A program made the translations under genes and the position numbers. The notes beneath the pieces are model-generated. The model did not search any database. It had not been told where the DNA came from and saw nothing but the letters and a program-made list of their open reading frames with translations. Of a stretch of 35,468 nucleotides of DNA, positions 21,496 to 30,554 are shown in pieces. The first letter of the stretch is position 1, and each line of letters starts with the position of its first letter. Source of the DNA: Candidatus Methanophagaceae archaeon (lineage in GTDB: Archaea > Halobacteriota > Syntropharchaeia > Alkanophagales > Methanospirareceae); contig QENJ01000220.1 of the NCBI GenBank assembly GCA_013374505.1, forward strand, positions 1-35,468. The letters are read 5' to 3'.

Positions 21496-22293
21496 ATGTG
21501 TGAAAAGCGAACGGGATTGGTAATCGGTATAACACTAGTATTGTTAACAGCGGTATTTGGAACGTTTGCCGCACTTACATTATCACTGCCTACCGCAACT
21601 AACTTCGGCGTGGGCGATACAAGCGGATACAAGAATACTCACGTATTGATACCCGTAAACATTACCAATGTGCAGAATGGACCTGTGCCATGTATAAAAT
21701 TTGATGTGTTATACGATAACCGTGTCCTAAACGTCACGGATGTCCAGCGCGGTACACTAACGTCAGACTGGGCTATTCCTGCATATTTTAACCATGATTG
21801 GGGCACCAGGGTCGCAATAGTGTATAATTCCGTAGATGCAGATTCAATACAGAACGGTTCGACTGGCTCTGTCGTACTGCTTAACTTCAGCGTTATTGGA
21901 GTATCAAGTGACACGAGCTGGATGGACTTCGCTAATATACAACTGGCGGAAGGCTATCCGAACTATCAAATAGGAACCGCGCCAGTAAATAACGGTACGT
22001 TTAGTTTACTAACACAAAGTGGCACAATAGAGGGGCAGGTAACGGACGTCAAGGGTACAGGGTTAAGAACCGTAACTGTTACGCTAACCACACGTGATTC
22101 TGGTGTAGTTGTGGAAACTACAACCACAGATAAAAAGGGTTATTTCGGCCTTACAAACGTTGCGCCGGGTGATTACTACTTGAACTGCTCAAAGCTAAAT
22201 TTTTGTGATGTTTCAGTGATGCTGACGCTACAGCCAGGCGAAACAAAAACGGAAAACATCATCCTTCAGAAGAAAGGCAAACCTACACGCTAA
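21496..22293 (+). CDS. Secreted protein: cohesin-like domain + carboxypeptidase-regulatory-like Ig domain
   Basis: N-terminal signal/TM; 'VLIPVNITNV...FDVLYDNRVLNVTDVQRG...LLNFSV' cohesin pattern; 'GTIEGQVTD...TTTDKKGYF...PGDY' pattern. Confidence 0.75.
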   Translation: MCEKRTGLVIGITLVLLTAVFGTFAALTLSLPTATNFGVGDTSGYKNTHVLIPVNITNVQNGPVPCIKFDVLYDNRVLNVTDVQRGTLTSDWAIPAYFNHDWGTRVAIVYNSVDADSIQNGSTGSVVLLNFSVIGVSSDTSWMDFANIQLAEGYPNYQIGTAPVNNGTFSLLTQSGTIEGQVTDVKGTGLRTVTVTLTTRDSGVVVETTTTDKKGYFGLTNVAPGDYYLNCSKLNFCDVSVMLTLQPGETKTENIILQKKGKPTR

Positions 22294-22690
22294 TGGTGCT
22301 CAGGTAATACATCGCCATGTATTTACGATTCTTTCTGTGTATCCTTTGCTCTTTGCACACACAATTAAACTTGTAAACGCCCTCCGCCACCTTTCTACTC
22401 CTAGTACAACCACAGTTTTTGTTATCTGTCCTAAGCTTTTGGAACCTTCGTAGTGATCACGACTGAACAGCGTAAATCTTATCGTATGGTGCATCCACTT
22501 TAGACCCGTCAAAACCGGTAATCATACCCGTGATAAACAGTTATCTGTCCGAGTTGTTACCCACCTTTTCTACTCTTCCTGGTTCATTCATATTGCCTAT
22601 TTATAGTTCCATATGCTATCATGAACCAGTTTTTAAAACGAATAATGTGTTTACTTTTATACTACAAATCTAAAATATCATACATACATT

Positions 22691-23659
22691 ATGACAAAAA
22701 GAGGCGTTCAATATTTCACGCTTTCGGAGATAGAACCCCGCATTTGGTTCATGCTGACCGGATGTGACTTCAGTTGCAGAGGTTGTTTCCGCCCCGCACG
22801 CGATGGTGGGGGAACCATGCTCAGCGCGGAAGAGACGCTGGTGCGTGCAGAACAGGCTTGCCTCATGCACTATGGACAGCTACCCCCCAAAGCGATGATC
22901 ACGGGTGGAGAACCTACCTTGGACCGGGAATATCTAATTGCACTCGTTAAAGGTTTGAAGGCGAAAGGCTTTAAAGAGATTATATTGATGTCCAATGGCT
23001 ACGAGATAGGGCTGGAAGAGACTTATGCTTCTGAGTTAGTAGATGCCGGCTTAACCGAGGCACACATAGACGTAAAAGCGTTCTCTGAAGACATCCATAT
23101 ATGGTACACCGGGAAATCAAATAGACCGGTATTGAATGCGGTGAAACTGCTAAATGAGACCGGGATAGAACTGCTTATTCAGACAGTTTACATGCCCGGT
23201 AGCGTGGACGCAGAGGAGATAGAGCGAATAGCTAAGTTCCTTTCGACAGTAAATAAAGCCATAAAACATCGGATAAACCCGTTTACACCGACTTTCGCGT
23301 TTGAAGAGGTCACGAGGCGTCCAACAATAGAAGAGATAGAGCATGCTTACAAACTCGCGGTCAAGCACCTTCCTAATGTTATAATAAGCCAGAGTTGTTA
23401 TCGTGAATATCCTACACCACCGACACAAGAAACCTGGATAACCGTTTATCCTGACCTCACATCCAAGCGCAGAAGCATAAAGGATCAGGAAGAGGATAGG
23501 ATCGCGTGGCTCAGTAAATCAAGAGCGGTACCAGAGGAAGAGATACTGCAAGCGCTTAATCGTGCTGACCCGGCATACTTACTGGAGCTGGGACAGGTAA
23601 TAATGAAAAATACGCCTTTGTATCCGGCTCCAAGCACAGTACAAAAAGACGGTGAATGA
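22691..23659 (+). CDS. Radical SAM protein (PFL-activase-like)
   Basis: CDFSCRGC motif, 'TGGEPTL', 'SNGY', 'IDVKAF'. Confidence 0.9.
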   Translation: MTKRGVQYFTLSEIEPRIWFMLTGCDFSCRGCFRPARDGGGTMLSAEETLVRAEQACLMHYGQLPPKAMITGGEPTLDREYLIALVKGLKAKGFKEIILMSNGYEIGLEETYASELVDAGLTEAHIDVKAFSEDIHIWYTGKSNRPVLNAVKLLNETGIELLIQTVYMPGSVDAEEIERIAKFLSTVNKAIKHRINPFTPTFAFEEVTRRPTIEEIEHAYKLAVKHLPNVIISQSCYREYPTPPTQETWITVYPDLTSKRRSIKDQEEDRIAWLSKSRAVPEEEILQALNRADPAYLLELGQVIMKNTPLYPAPSTVQKDGE

Positions 23660-23730
23660 GGTTTGTTAAATCAACCGGTACTACTTCGGTACTAGATCAA
23701 GATCCCGGATCGTGCGGGTAATATGTGTCT

Positions 23731-24096
23731 TCAAATTTGATATTCGTCCCCTATCTTCTTTATTAGCCTCCGGGCTAAGTCATTAATAAAAATAGTGACA
23801 TTACCATTATGTGCAATTTCGATAAGAGTTGGAATGGCTTTTGGGCCTATTTGAACGATAACATCCGATACCAAATCCGCTCTTCTATCTATTTGGTCAT
23901 CCGTACTTGATGAAACTGCTATATAGCATTCAACGGTATATAATAGCGGATTTATCGCTGCAGTACCGTTATCTAATATTTTTGCCACTTTTTCCGCTTT
24001 TTTATTCTTATTTCTGATGCCTAACGTTATTGCCACTGCAAAAATATCATCAAATTCGGGCTGCTCTTCTGGCGATATGCCCCAACCGCCTGTCAT
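23731..24096 (-). CDS. Hypothetical helical (HEAT-like) protein
   Basis: 121-aa ATG ORF filling the intergenic space; 'IVQIGPKAIPTLIE' resembles a HEAT/PBS repeat. Confidence 0.5.
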   Translation of the reverse strand: MTGGWGISPEEQPEFDDIFAVAITLGIRNKNKKAEKVAKILDNGTAAINPLLYTVECYIAVSSSTDDQIDRRADLVSDVIVQIGPKAIPTLIEIAHNGNVTIFINDLARRLIKKIGDEYQI

Positions 24097-24142
24097 AGTT
24101 TTAATTTAAGAATATCATCATTAAAAAAGACATTTTATTTGT

Positions 24143-25753
24143 ATGCAAGAGGGGAAAGAGAATTCCACGGGATTTGTAAAAAACATCTGGAATAAGCTGC
24201 AAGATTGGTGGATGAGTTTTGAATACAAACATCTGTGGATTGCACGGCTCATTGTGTATTTCACGTATCTTGCTGCAGTAGTTTCGGTTTGCTTTATTCT
24301 ATTCCCGTATTTCAATCTTTATCATACTGAAGCCAATAGTGCCAGATACATGCTCAGCGCATTGGTTCAAAGTCAGGCGGCAATCGTTGCCATTGTCATC
24401 ACACTGACTTTGATTGCGGTTCAACTTACCGCTTCGGCGTATTCGCCACGAGTAATTGACATTTTCAAAAAGAATCCTGATATGTGGATACTTTTGGGTT
24501 GTTACGGTGTATCAATATTCTATGGGTTCATTGTATTGAAATTGGTGGTGGGGAAAGAAGGTGATTTTGTGAGCCGGATTGCCATCTGGTCGTATGGTTC
24601 TGTTTCTATTTCGTTTGAGTTTTGTGTTTCTCTGGCGTATTGGTTTGGAGTATTCACGTTTGTTGTGTTGTTTCCGTATATGTGGAATATTTTTGGTCTT
24701 TTAAAGCCGGGAAATATTATAAAACGATTGGCAACCGAGATTACCAAAGATAAAATTATAAAGAAGGAAGAAGACCCGATTCAGCCTATCGTGGATATTA
24801 TTCATGGTTCAATCATGAAATATGATCTTGAGACAACACGAGTTGGGTTAAAAGCAGTAACTGATCGTGTAATTGGAATTATTGAAACCGAAATTATTGG
24901 TTCAGATGGTGAGAAAGAGATTTCAGAGCGTTTTTGTAGTCATCTAACGCGAGTCGGCAGATTGACTGCAAGCAGAGCGGATGAAGAATCAACCACAGAA
25001 GTTATTAAGAATTTAGAGAACTTTGGGAAAGCAACTGCGGGAAAAGGACTTAAAAAGGCGACAACGCAAGCGGTAATGTCTCTTGAAGTAGTTGGAAAAA
25101 CTGCTGCAGGAAAAGAACTGGAAGATGCGACATGGGAAGCGGTAAAGTTTCTTGGAGAAGTTGGAGTGGCAGCAGCAAAACAAGGTCTTAAAGACGCAAC
25201 AAGCCGGGCAGTATCATCTCTTGAAGGAATTGGGAGATCTGCTGCAGAGAAACGTCTTGATGGTGCGACAAAAATGGCAGCAATAGGTCTTGGAAAGGTT
25301 GGAGAAGCAGCAGCGGAAAAAGGGCTTGGAGACGAAACAAGCCGGGCAGTATCATCTCTTGAAGGAATTGGAAGATCTGCTGCAGAGAAACATCTTGAAG
25401 GTGCGAAAGGGCGAGTAGCAGAATCTCTTGGAATTGTTGGAAATGCAGCAGGAAAACAATGTCTTGAAAGTGCGACACGCCAAGCAGCAACGTCTCTTAT
25501 AGTTGTTGGAATAGCATATGTGAAAAACAGTCTTGAAGATGCGACAAGGCGAGCAGCAAAGTCTCTTGGTCTTGAAAGTGCGACAGAGAAAGCAGCAAGG
25601 TCTCTTGCAGAATTAAAACGTTTAAATGAAGAAATCGTCAAAACTGCGATTAAAACCTACGAATCGATATTTGAAGAAAAAGACCATGACTCCTTCCAAA
25701 AATTCATAAAATTATACAAACAGAAACTCGAAGAACTGCGAGCCGAGAACTGA
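24143..25753 (+). CDS. DUF2254-like membrane protein with a C-terminal array of 23-aa helical repeats
   Basis: TM region with 'SARYMLSALVQSQAAIVAIVITLTLIAVQLTASAYSPRV', then repeats of the type LEDATxxAVxSLxxVGxAAAEKG. Confidence 0.8.
   Translation: MQEGKENSTGFVKNIWNKLQDWWMSFEYKHLWIARLIVYFTYLAAVVSVCFILFPYFNLYHTEANSARYMLSALVQSQAAIVAIVITLTLIAVQLTASAYSPRVIDIFKKNPDMWILLGCYGVSIFYGFIVLKLVVGKEGDFVSRIAIWSYGSVSISFEFCVSLAYWFGVFTFVVLFPYMWNIFGLLKPGNIIKRLATEITKDKIIKKEEDPIQPIVDIIHGSIMKYDLETTRVGLKAVTDRVIGIIETEIIGSDGEKEISERFCSHLTRVGRLTASRADEESTTEVIKNLENFGKATAGKGLKKATTQAVMSLEVVGKTAAGKELEDATWEAVKFLGEVGVAAAKQGLKDATSRAVSSLEGIGRSAAEKRLDGATKMAAIGLGKVGEAAAEKGLGDETSRAVSSLEGIGRSAAEKHLEGAKGRVAESLGIVGNAAGKQCLESATRQAATSLIVVGIAYVKNSLEDATRRAAKSLGLESATEKAARSLAELKRLNEEIVKTAIKTYESIFEEKDHDSFQKFIKLYKQKLEELRAEN
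24979..25615 (+). repeat. In-frame 69-bp tandem repeat array (about 8 full + 2 partial units)
   Basis: 23-aa periodicity; near-identical ~63-bp blocks at 25198-25260 and 25336-25398 (offset 138 = two units). Confidence 0.85.
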
Positions 25754-26081
25754 TGAAAAGATACTTCAAAGGCACACAGCCACATAGAGCAAATAAAAGC
25801 AGAAATCGCTTTTTTACCCGGCCCACCAGAGATAGCTTTAGCAATCGCAAACATTTTCGCATCTTACGAGAAGGTAACAGAACAGCGTAAATTCGTCACG
25901 TATAAGTGCGAAAAAACAGATGGTAAAACTGTTTGCGTAACTTCCACGGGCACCGGCTACCCTTCTGCCGCGATTGTAATAGAAGAGCTTGCGAATTGCG
26001 GCGTTAAGACGTTCATACGAGTGGGCACAACAGGTGCAATTCAAGCGGACATTGAACTTAGGTGACGTGATAATACCATAA
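25753..26081 (+). pseudogene. Uridine/nucleoside phosphorylase 5' remnant (two frameshifts, truncated)
   Basis: ATG overlaps the upstream TGA: MKRYFKGTQPH /shift/ IEQIKAEIAFLPGP...TSTGTGYPSAAIVIEELANCGVKTFIRVGTTGAIQADIEL /shift/ GDVIIP*. Not in the ORF track. Confidence 0.85.
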
Positions 26082-26156
26082 CTATTTAAGTAGCACGTAA
26101 ATGTTTCTTTTATGAAATCATGTATTTTTAAAACAAATAGGAGGTGAAAAAAGAAG

Positions 26157-27673
26157 ATGAAAAGAAAAGTGACCGTGACGGTTTTAGCATTATTCTGTAT
26201 CCTCTTCAAATTAAAGGGTAACCGAGTATTATCTGAAAATCCGCAACTTATAGCCACAAATTTATGCAGATAATACTCCAATTCCGCGCAATATGTGTTA
26301 ATTCCAACCTTAAAAGTAGAGTAAAGTGCTACCTGACCGATAACAGATAAATTTTAGGAATCAAAGCAGGTCAGGACACAGGATTCAGATAATTTGAAGC
26401 CCGCATACGTTTTACCATACTTTTTGAAGAGGATACATTATTCTTGTGCACAGTACTCGCAGTAACTGCTTCAGCACAGGTGACAGATGATCAAGAGCTA
26501 CTGTATTTACTGGGCTCTCGAGCATCGGAGATAGCGATGAAAGACCTACCTTTCGATAAGGACGATCCAAATATTTTGGTAATGTCGAGTGCGAGCTATG
26601 CAATAATTGACGGGCATAATACAGATAGATGTATCGATGGCGTTGCAGATGCAAGTGGTTGTACGGTCGGTAAGGGAAACTTGCTTTTAATACACAGAAG
26701 TAGAGAGAAGCCTCTCTGGTTTGCCTTCTTCAGTAAGAATACGAAAGAGTGCGTGTATCTTCAAGTGAATAATGCGGTGCTCGGTAAGAGTGTTGATGAG
26801 CTCAATGCGCTTGCTGACGAAGAGGTCTTTACAAAGATTACGAAGGCGAATATCGGTGCGGATAAGCTGCTGAGCGAGCCAGAAGCATGGGATGAGAAGA
26901 TGAAGGCAGGGATATTTGGTGGCGGTGCAAAGCCATTTAACAACGAGTTCACGATAATGACGATTGCAAACATCTGGGCAAAAGGCGCACCACCGGAACT
27001 CATTCGTGCAAATCAATTCCATAACCACCTCTGCCCGGGGTCTGCAAGTGGATTTCTCTTCGTCAAATATATAGACAATAATCTGCCATTGGAAAAACCA
27101 AGCCAACGCTACCAGATAATTGCAATTAAGCCCTGGTGCAAGGACGACATCATGCAATGGATATTAGAAGCTACCATAGGAAATAAAAATTACATTGCAA
27201 AGGATCTTACTCCTGAACAGATGAAACAATTGCCAGAAGACGCAAAAGATGTCGCCAATGTCGTAATCAGATGGGATTCTGCTACGGGGACGGGAAAAGG
27301 AATAGTCATAGCATGGGATTGGGATAATGCGTGTCAAATGTGCGGCGGAGTAAGCAAAAAAGACCTCACAGCTTTTGATACACATAGATGGTGGTGGATG
27401 AGGTTGAAGATGAATCAATGGATGTTGGATTACACGGACAGCCCGGAGACACTTATTCACACAGTAAAAGAATTCGATGTCAATAGTCTGGCTGAACTGA
27501 ACTATCTCAAATCTGCTGGCGTAAATCCACTGGTTGAGCTTGGTGTCATGCCAAAATCAGAAACGACACCGACACCCGCAGAAAAAACGCCATCAATCCC
27601 TGGACTTGGTGTCATTGCAGCCATAGCCATAGCAGGTGCGCTTGTGTATGTGGTGAGAAGAAGAAAAGCATAA
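26157..27673 (+). pseudogene. Surface FmdE-family protein with PGF-CTERM-like anchor; signal peptide interrupted by a MITE
   Basis: RBS GGAGGTGA + ATG at 26157. Removing the MITE and one TSD restores MKRKVTVTVLALFLCTVLAVTASAQ in frame with 26444..27673. Contains FHNHLCPG, 'PWCKDD' and C-terminal 'IPGLG'-TM-RRRKA. Confidence 0.85.
26196..26437. mobile_element. 242-bp MITE with TGT...ACA ends (IS481-type)
   Basis: Perfect 15-bp TIRs TGTATCCTCTTCAAA (26196-26210 / 26423-26437) and 6-bp TSD TTATTC (26190-26195 and 26438-26443). No transposase. Confidence 0.93.
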
Positions 27674-27708
27674 TATAACTCACTAAGAAAGTTTAAAAAT
27701 CCGGGTCG

Positions 27709-27756
27709 TGAGGGCGTAAACGTAACATTACCCTCATCCTTCCCTTCCCTTTTTTT
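27709..27756 (+). terminator. Putative terminator (hairpin + pyrimidine tract + T7)
   Basis: TGAGGG...CCCTCA stem followed by TCCTTCCCTTCCCTTTTTTT between convergent genes. Confidence 0.45.
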
Positions 27757-27804
27757 GCAGGAATACTATTACGGGAAAAAATCGGAAAACTTATAAAAGC
27801 CGTC

Positions 27805-28650
27805 TCACAAATAACTCTTGCAAAACTCTACATTCCTTTTCAACTCTTCATAATCCATTTCGTCCTTATTTCTATTTCGCCAGAAAGTCTCTATCAACAG
27901 ATATTTATAACTCGTACTCTTCAAAAGCGCGAATATCTTATCGAACTCCAACTCGCCTTTTCCTATTGATAAATGGTCCTGCTTCTCTGTAAGACAGCAA
28001 TCATGCAAATGCACCGCCAGTATTTTCGCACCACATTTCTCTATCCACTGCTCAATATAATCCATATAGCTACCTTTTTTCTGTCCCACTGTGCTCAACA
28101 GCTCGGATAAAACTGCATGCCCAACATCAAAGGTGAAATACAAATTCGGTGCCGAAATAGCTTCGAGTATCAGGTCAGATTGTTCCAGAGTAACCAGATC
28201 ATTCTCCACCGTTACTACTATACCGGATTTCGCCGCTATTTCTGTTATCGCGTGGCATCTTCCGAGTCCTTTTGTTTTTATCTGCATCCGCACATCCTCT
28301 AGCTTAAACGTGGAAACTTGTGGATGTAAGTGCAAATTGTAATATAACGAAATAGGCTGGAACTCAGCAGAAAAATCCAGGCAACGCTTCAAAACGGTCA
28401 TACTCGCATCTGCCAACTCCTCTCTTGGATGTGCCACTGATATATCAAGCGGAGAATGAAACGCGATTTTCAAGCCTCTGTCTTCTAATAAACTCTTCAG
28501 CTCTTCCCGTTCCGCATGTTTCATACAGTCAGGCAATGGATAGTCTAACGAAAACTCAAAATAATCCAGTTCAAGCTTGTACAGCTCTTCTATTGTCCGC
28601 TTGAATGGGCGGTTGCCGTACCATACCGGTGCGCCTAAGAGAATACTCAT
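27805..28650 (-). CDS. Sugar-phosphate isomerase/epimerase / AP-endonuclease-2 TIM-barrel protein
   Basis: Metal ligands 'VTVEN', 'FDVGHA', 'VHLHD', 'DHLSIGKG', 'LIE'. Confidence 0.88.
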   Translation of the reverse strand: MSILLGAPVWYGNRPFKRTIEELYKLELDYFEFSLDYPLPDCMKHAEREELKSLLEDRGLKIAFHSPLDISVAHPREELADASMTVLKRCLDFSAEFQPISLYYNLHLHPQVSTFKLEDVRMQIKTKGLGRCHAITEIAAKSGIVVTVENDLVTLEQSDLILEAISAPNLYFTFDVGHAVLSELLSTVGQKKGSYMDYIEQWIEKCGAKILAVHLHDCCLTEKQDHLSIGKGELEFDKIFALLKSTSYKYLLIETFWRNRNKDEMDYEELKRNVEFCKSYL

Positions 28651-28734
28651 CTGTTATTACCTCACGATTTGTTTAATGGCCAAATAGGGAATAGAACTTT
28701 CCATTTTTTATTTTTATAATCCCTATTTGCCTTT

Positions 28735-30051
28735 TTATTCCTTCCTTTTAACAAACAACGTTAACCCCTCTCGTGCAACAATTTCCACTTTCTCGCCCTC
28801 TTCTATTTCATCTGCCTGTGTTCGTGCATTCCAGATTTCGCCATGTATCTTTATAGTGCCTTTTTCTTCTGTTATTTCCGTATCGGCCTTCGTTACTTGT
28901 CCGATAAGTTCTTCACCACCCACTTTTATGCTTCGCTTTCTCAGCTTCAATACCGCTCCGAGCGCGAATATAAAAAAAACAGCGGATGCAGCGGCAATAC
29001 CTAATATAGTAAGTAAAAAACCTCTGAACCATTCGGGATCGAAGAGTAAAGGCTCTTTTGGGAGTATCAGAGCGCCTATTATCAGGCATACCACTCCGCC
29101 CACAGTGAGTATCCCAAAAGTCGGTGTAAGTGCCTCAGCTATGAATAAAATAACGGCGATTACTAATAAAAGTACACCAAACATATTCACCCCGAAAAGC
29201 CCCATACCGTATAGCGCTAAAATCAGGCATATCGCACCTATCATCTCCGGTACGTAAGTCCCGGGCGACATGAACCCAAAAATCAGCCCATATATGCCAA
29301 CCATAAAGAGAATAAATGCTATTTGCGGGTTGCCAAGCAGATTTAATACAGAAGACCGCGTACTCTTCTTCTTTATGTATAACGAAGCATCCGCAGTCGC
29401 TAAAGTCTGGTTTTCACCGTTTACTTCTACTGTCATGCCATCCACGGCATTCAAAAGCTCGGTTTCGTCCTCGGCAATGAGGTCAATTATTCCTCTTTCT
29501 AGGGCGGTATTCTCATTCAGCACATCGTTATCGGTGACGAACCGCTTTGCCTGCGTTGCATTCCTACCCCTTGAGGCTGCTATGCTCTCCAGATGCCCGG
29601 CGTAGAACTTTATTGTCTTATTATCCGCAGCCTTTCTGCCTTCTATACCTATCGCAACCGGCATTGCCGCACCTGTTGTCGTTCCGGGAGACATCGCTGC
29701 GATATTACCGGAAACCAGGATAAAAGCACCTGCAGATGCTGCAATCGCGCCTTTTGGCGTTACATACGTGATAACCGGCGTTTGCGAATTCAAAATCGCT
29801 TCCGTTATTTTACGTGTGGAATCCACAATTCCGCCTGGTGTATTTAGTTCGAGCAATACCGCTTCTGCACTCATATCTTCTGCTTCTCTTAAACCTTCCA
29901 CGACCTCTAAAGCTGTGCCTTCTGTAATCGTGCCCTCGATTTTCAGTACGTAAATTACGTTTTTATCGTCTTTGCTCTCGCCGCTAACGTAGGTGACAAA
30001 GGCAAGTAGCACGAGCACGATAAATATACTGCGTAGAAGTTTAGTAGTCAT
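28735..30051 (-). CDS. nfeD: NfeD (long form): ClpP-like serine protease + TM + OB domain
   Basis: 'LNTPGG', 'AASAGAFI', 'GAAMPV', TM bundle, 'IHGEIWNA'. ATG at 30051 preferred over TTG at 30075. Confidence 0.92.
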   Translation of the reverse strand: MTTKLLRSIFIVLVLLAFVTYVSGESKDDKNVIYVLKIEGTITEGTALEVVEGLREAEDMSAEAVLLELNTPGGIVDSTRKITEAILNSQTPVITYVTPKGAIAASAGAFILVSGNIAAMSPGTTTGAAMPVAIGIEGRKAADNKTIKFYAGHLESIAASRGRNATQAKRFVTDNDVLNENTALERGIIDLIAEDETELLNAVDGMTVEVNGENQTLATADASLYIKKKSTRSSVLNLLGNPQIAFILFMVGIYGLIFGFMSPGTYVPEMIGAICLILALYGMGLFGVNMFGVLLLVIAVILFIAEALTPTFGILTVGGVVCLIIGALILPKEPLLFDPEWFRGFLLTILGIAAASAVFFIFALGAVLKLRKRSIKVGGEELIGQVTKADTEITEEKGTIKIHGEIWNARTQADEIEEGEKVEIVAREGLTLFVKRKE

Positions 30052-30131
30052 CGTTGCAGACCTGTTGTGTAACAATAAATAAGTTATATGTCTTTCCGCA
30101 TTAAAATGTATAGCACTGGTAATTGTAATAA

Positions 30132-30509
30132 ATGAAGAGCGGAAAAATGTTTACAGAAGAAGATTTTGCACTCGATACTCTCGTGCAAGGAATGAAAAAA
30201 CCGGAACTGGGCTGTATTGTCTCGTTCATCGGTGTCGTGCGGGATGACGAGGGAACAAAGGGCATGGAAATAGAGATAGACGAGCAAACGGCGAAAACTG
30301 AGCTTGAGCAGCTAAAACGAGAAGCACTGGAGAACTTTGACATAGAATCAGTGGAAATAGTGCACAGAAAAGGTTTTTTAGACGTGAGTGATAGCATCGT
30401 GGCTATTTTAGTGGGTGCGGGACACCGAAAAGAAGCGTTCCGAGCTTGTGAACATCTGATAGACGTATTGAGGCTAAGCGGGTCTATACGGTTGACCGAC
30501 CGGAAATAA
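30132..30509 (+). CDS. moaE: MoaE-like protein (molybdopterin synthase catalytic subunit), divergent C-terminus
   Basis: 'GCIVSFIGVVRD', 'IVHRKG', 'GHRKEAFRAC'. Confidence 0.8.
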   Translation: MKSGKMFTEEDFALDTLVQGMKKPELGCIVSFIGVVRDDEGTKGMEIEIDEQTAKTELEQLKREALENFDIESVEIVHRKGFLDVSDSIVAILVGAGHRKEAFRACEHLIDVLRLSGSIRLTDRK

Positions 30510-30554
30510 TATATATTTGCACAAACAAAGTTATAGCAAGAGTGTGAAATAGAA

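Noticed and set aside
24979-25615. CRISPR array or DGR template/variable repeat pair
   Set aside because: The repeats are in-frame coding units without unique spacers; there is no RT gene, and the few differences show no convincing adenine-specific pattern.
24940-25641. 233-aa minus-strand ORF and the many other antisense ORFs in the track
   Set aside because: Shadows of well-supported genes on the opposite strand.
25838-26281. 147-aa minus-strand ORF
   Set aside because: Spans the phosphorylase remnant, the FmdE start and the MITE in antisense; not a coherent gene.
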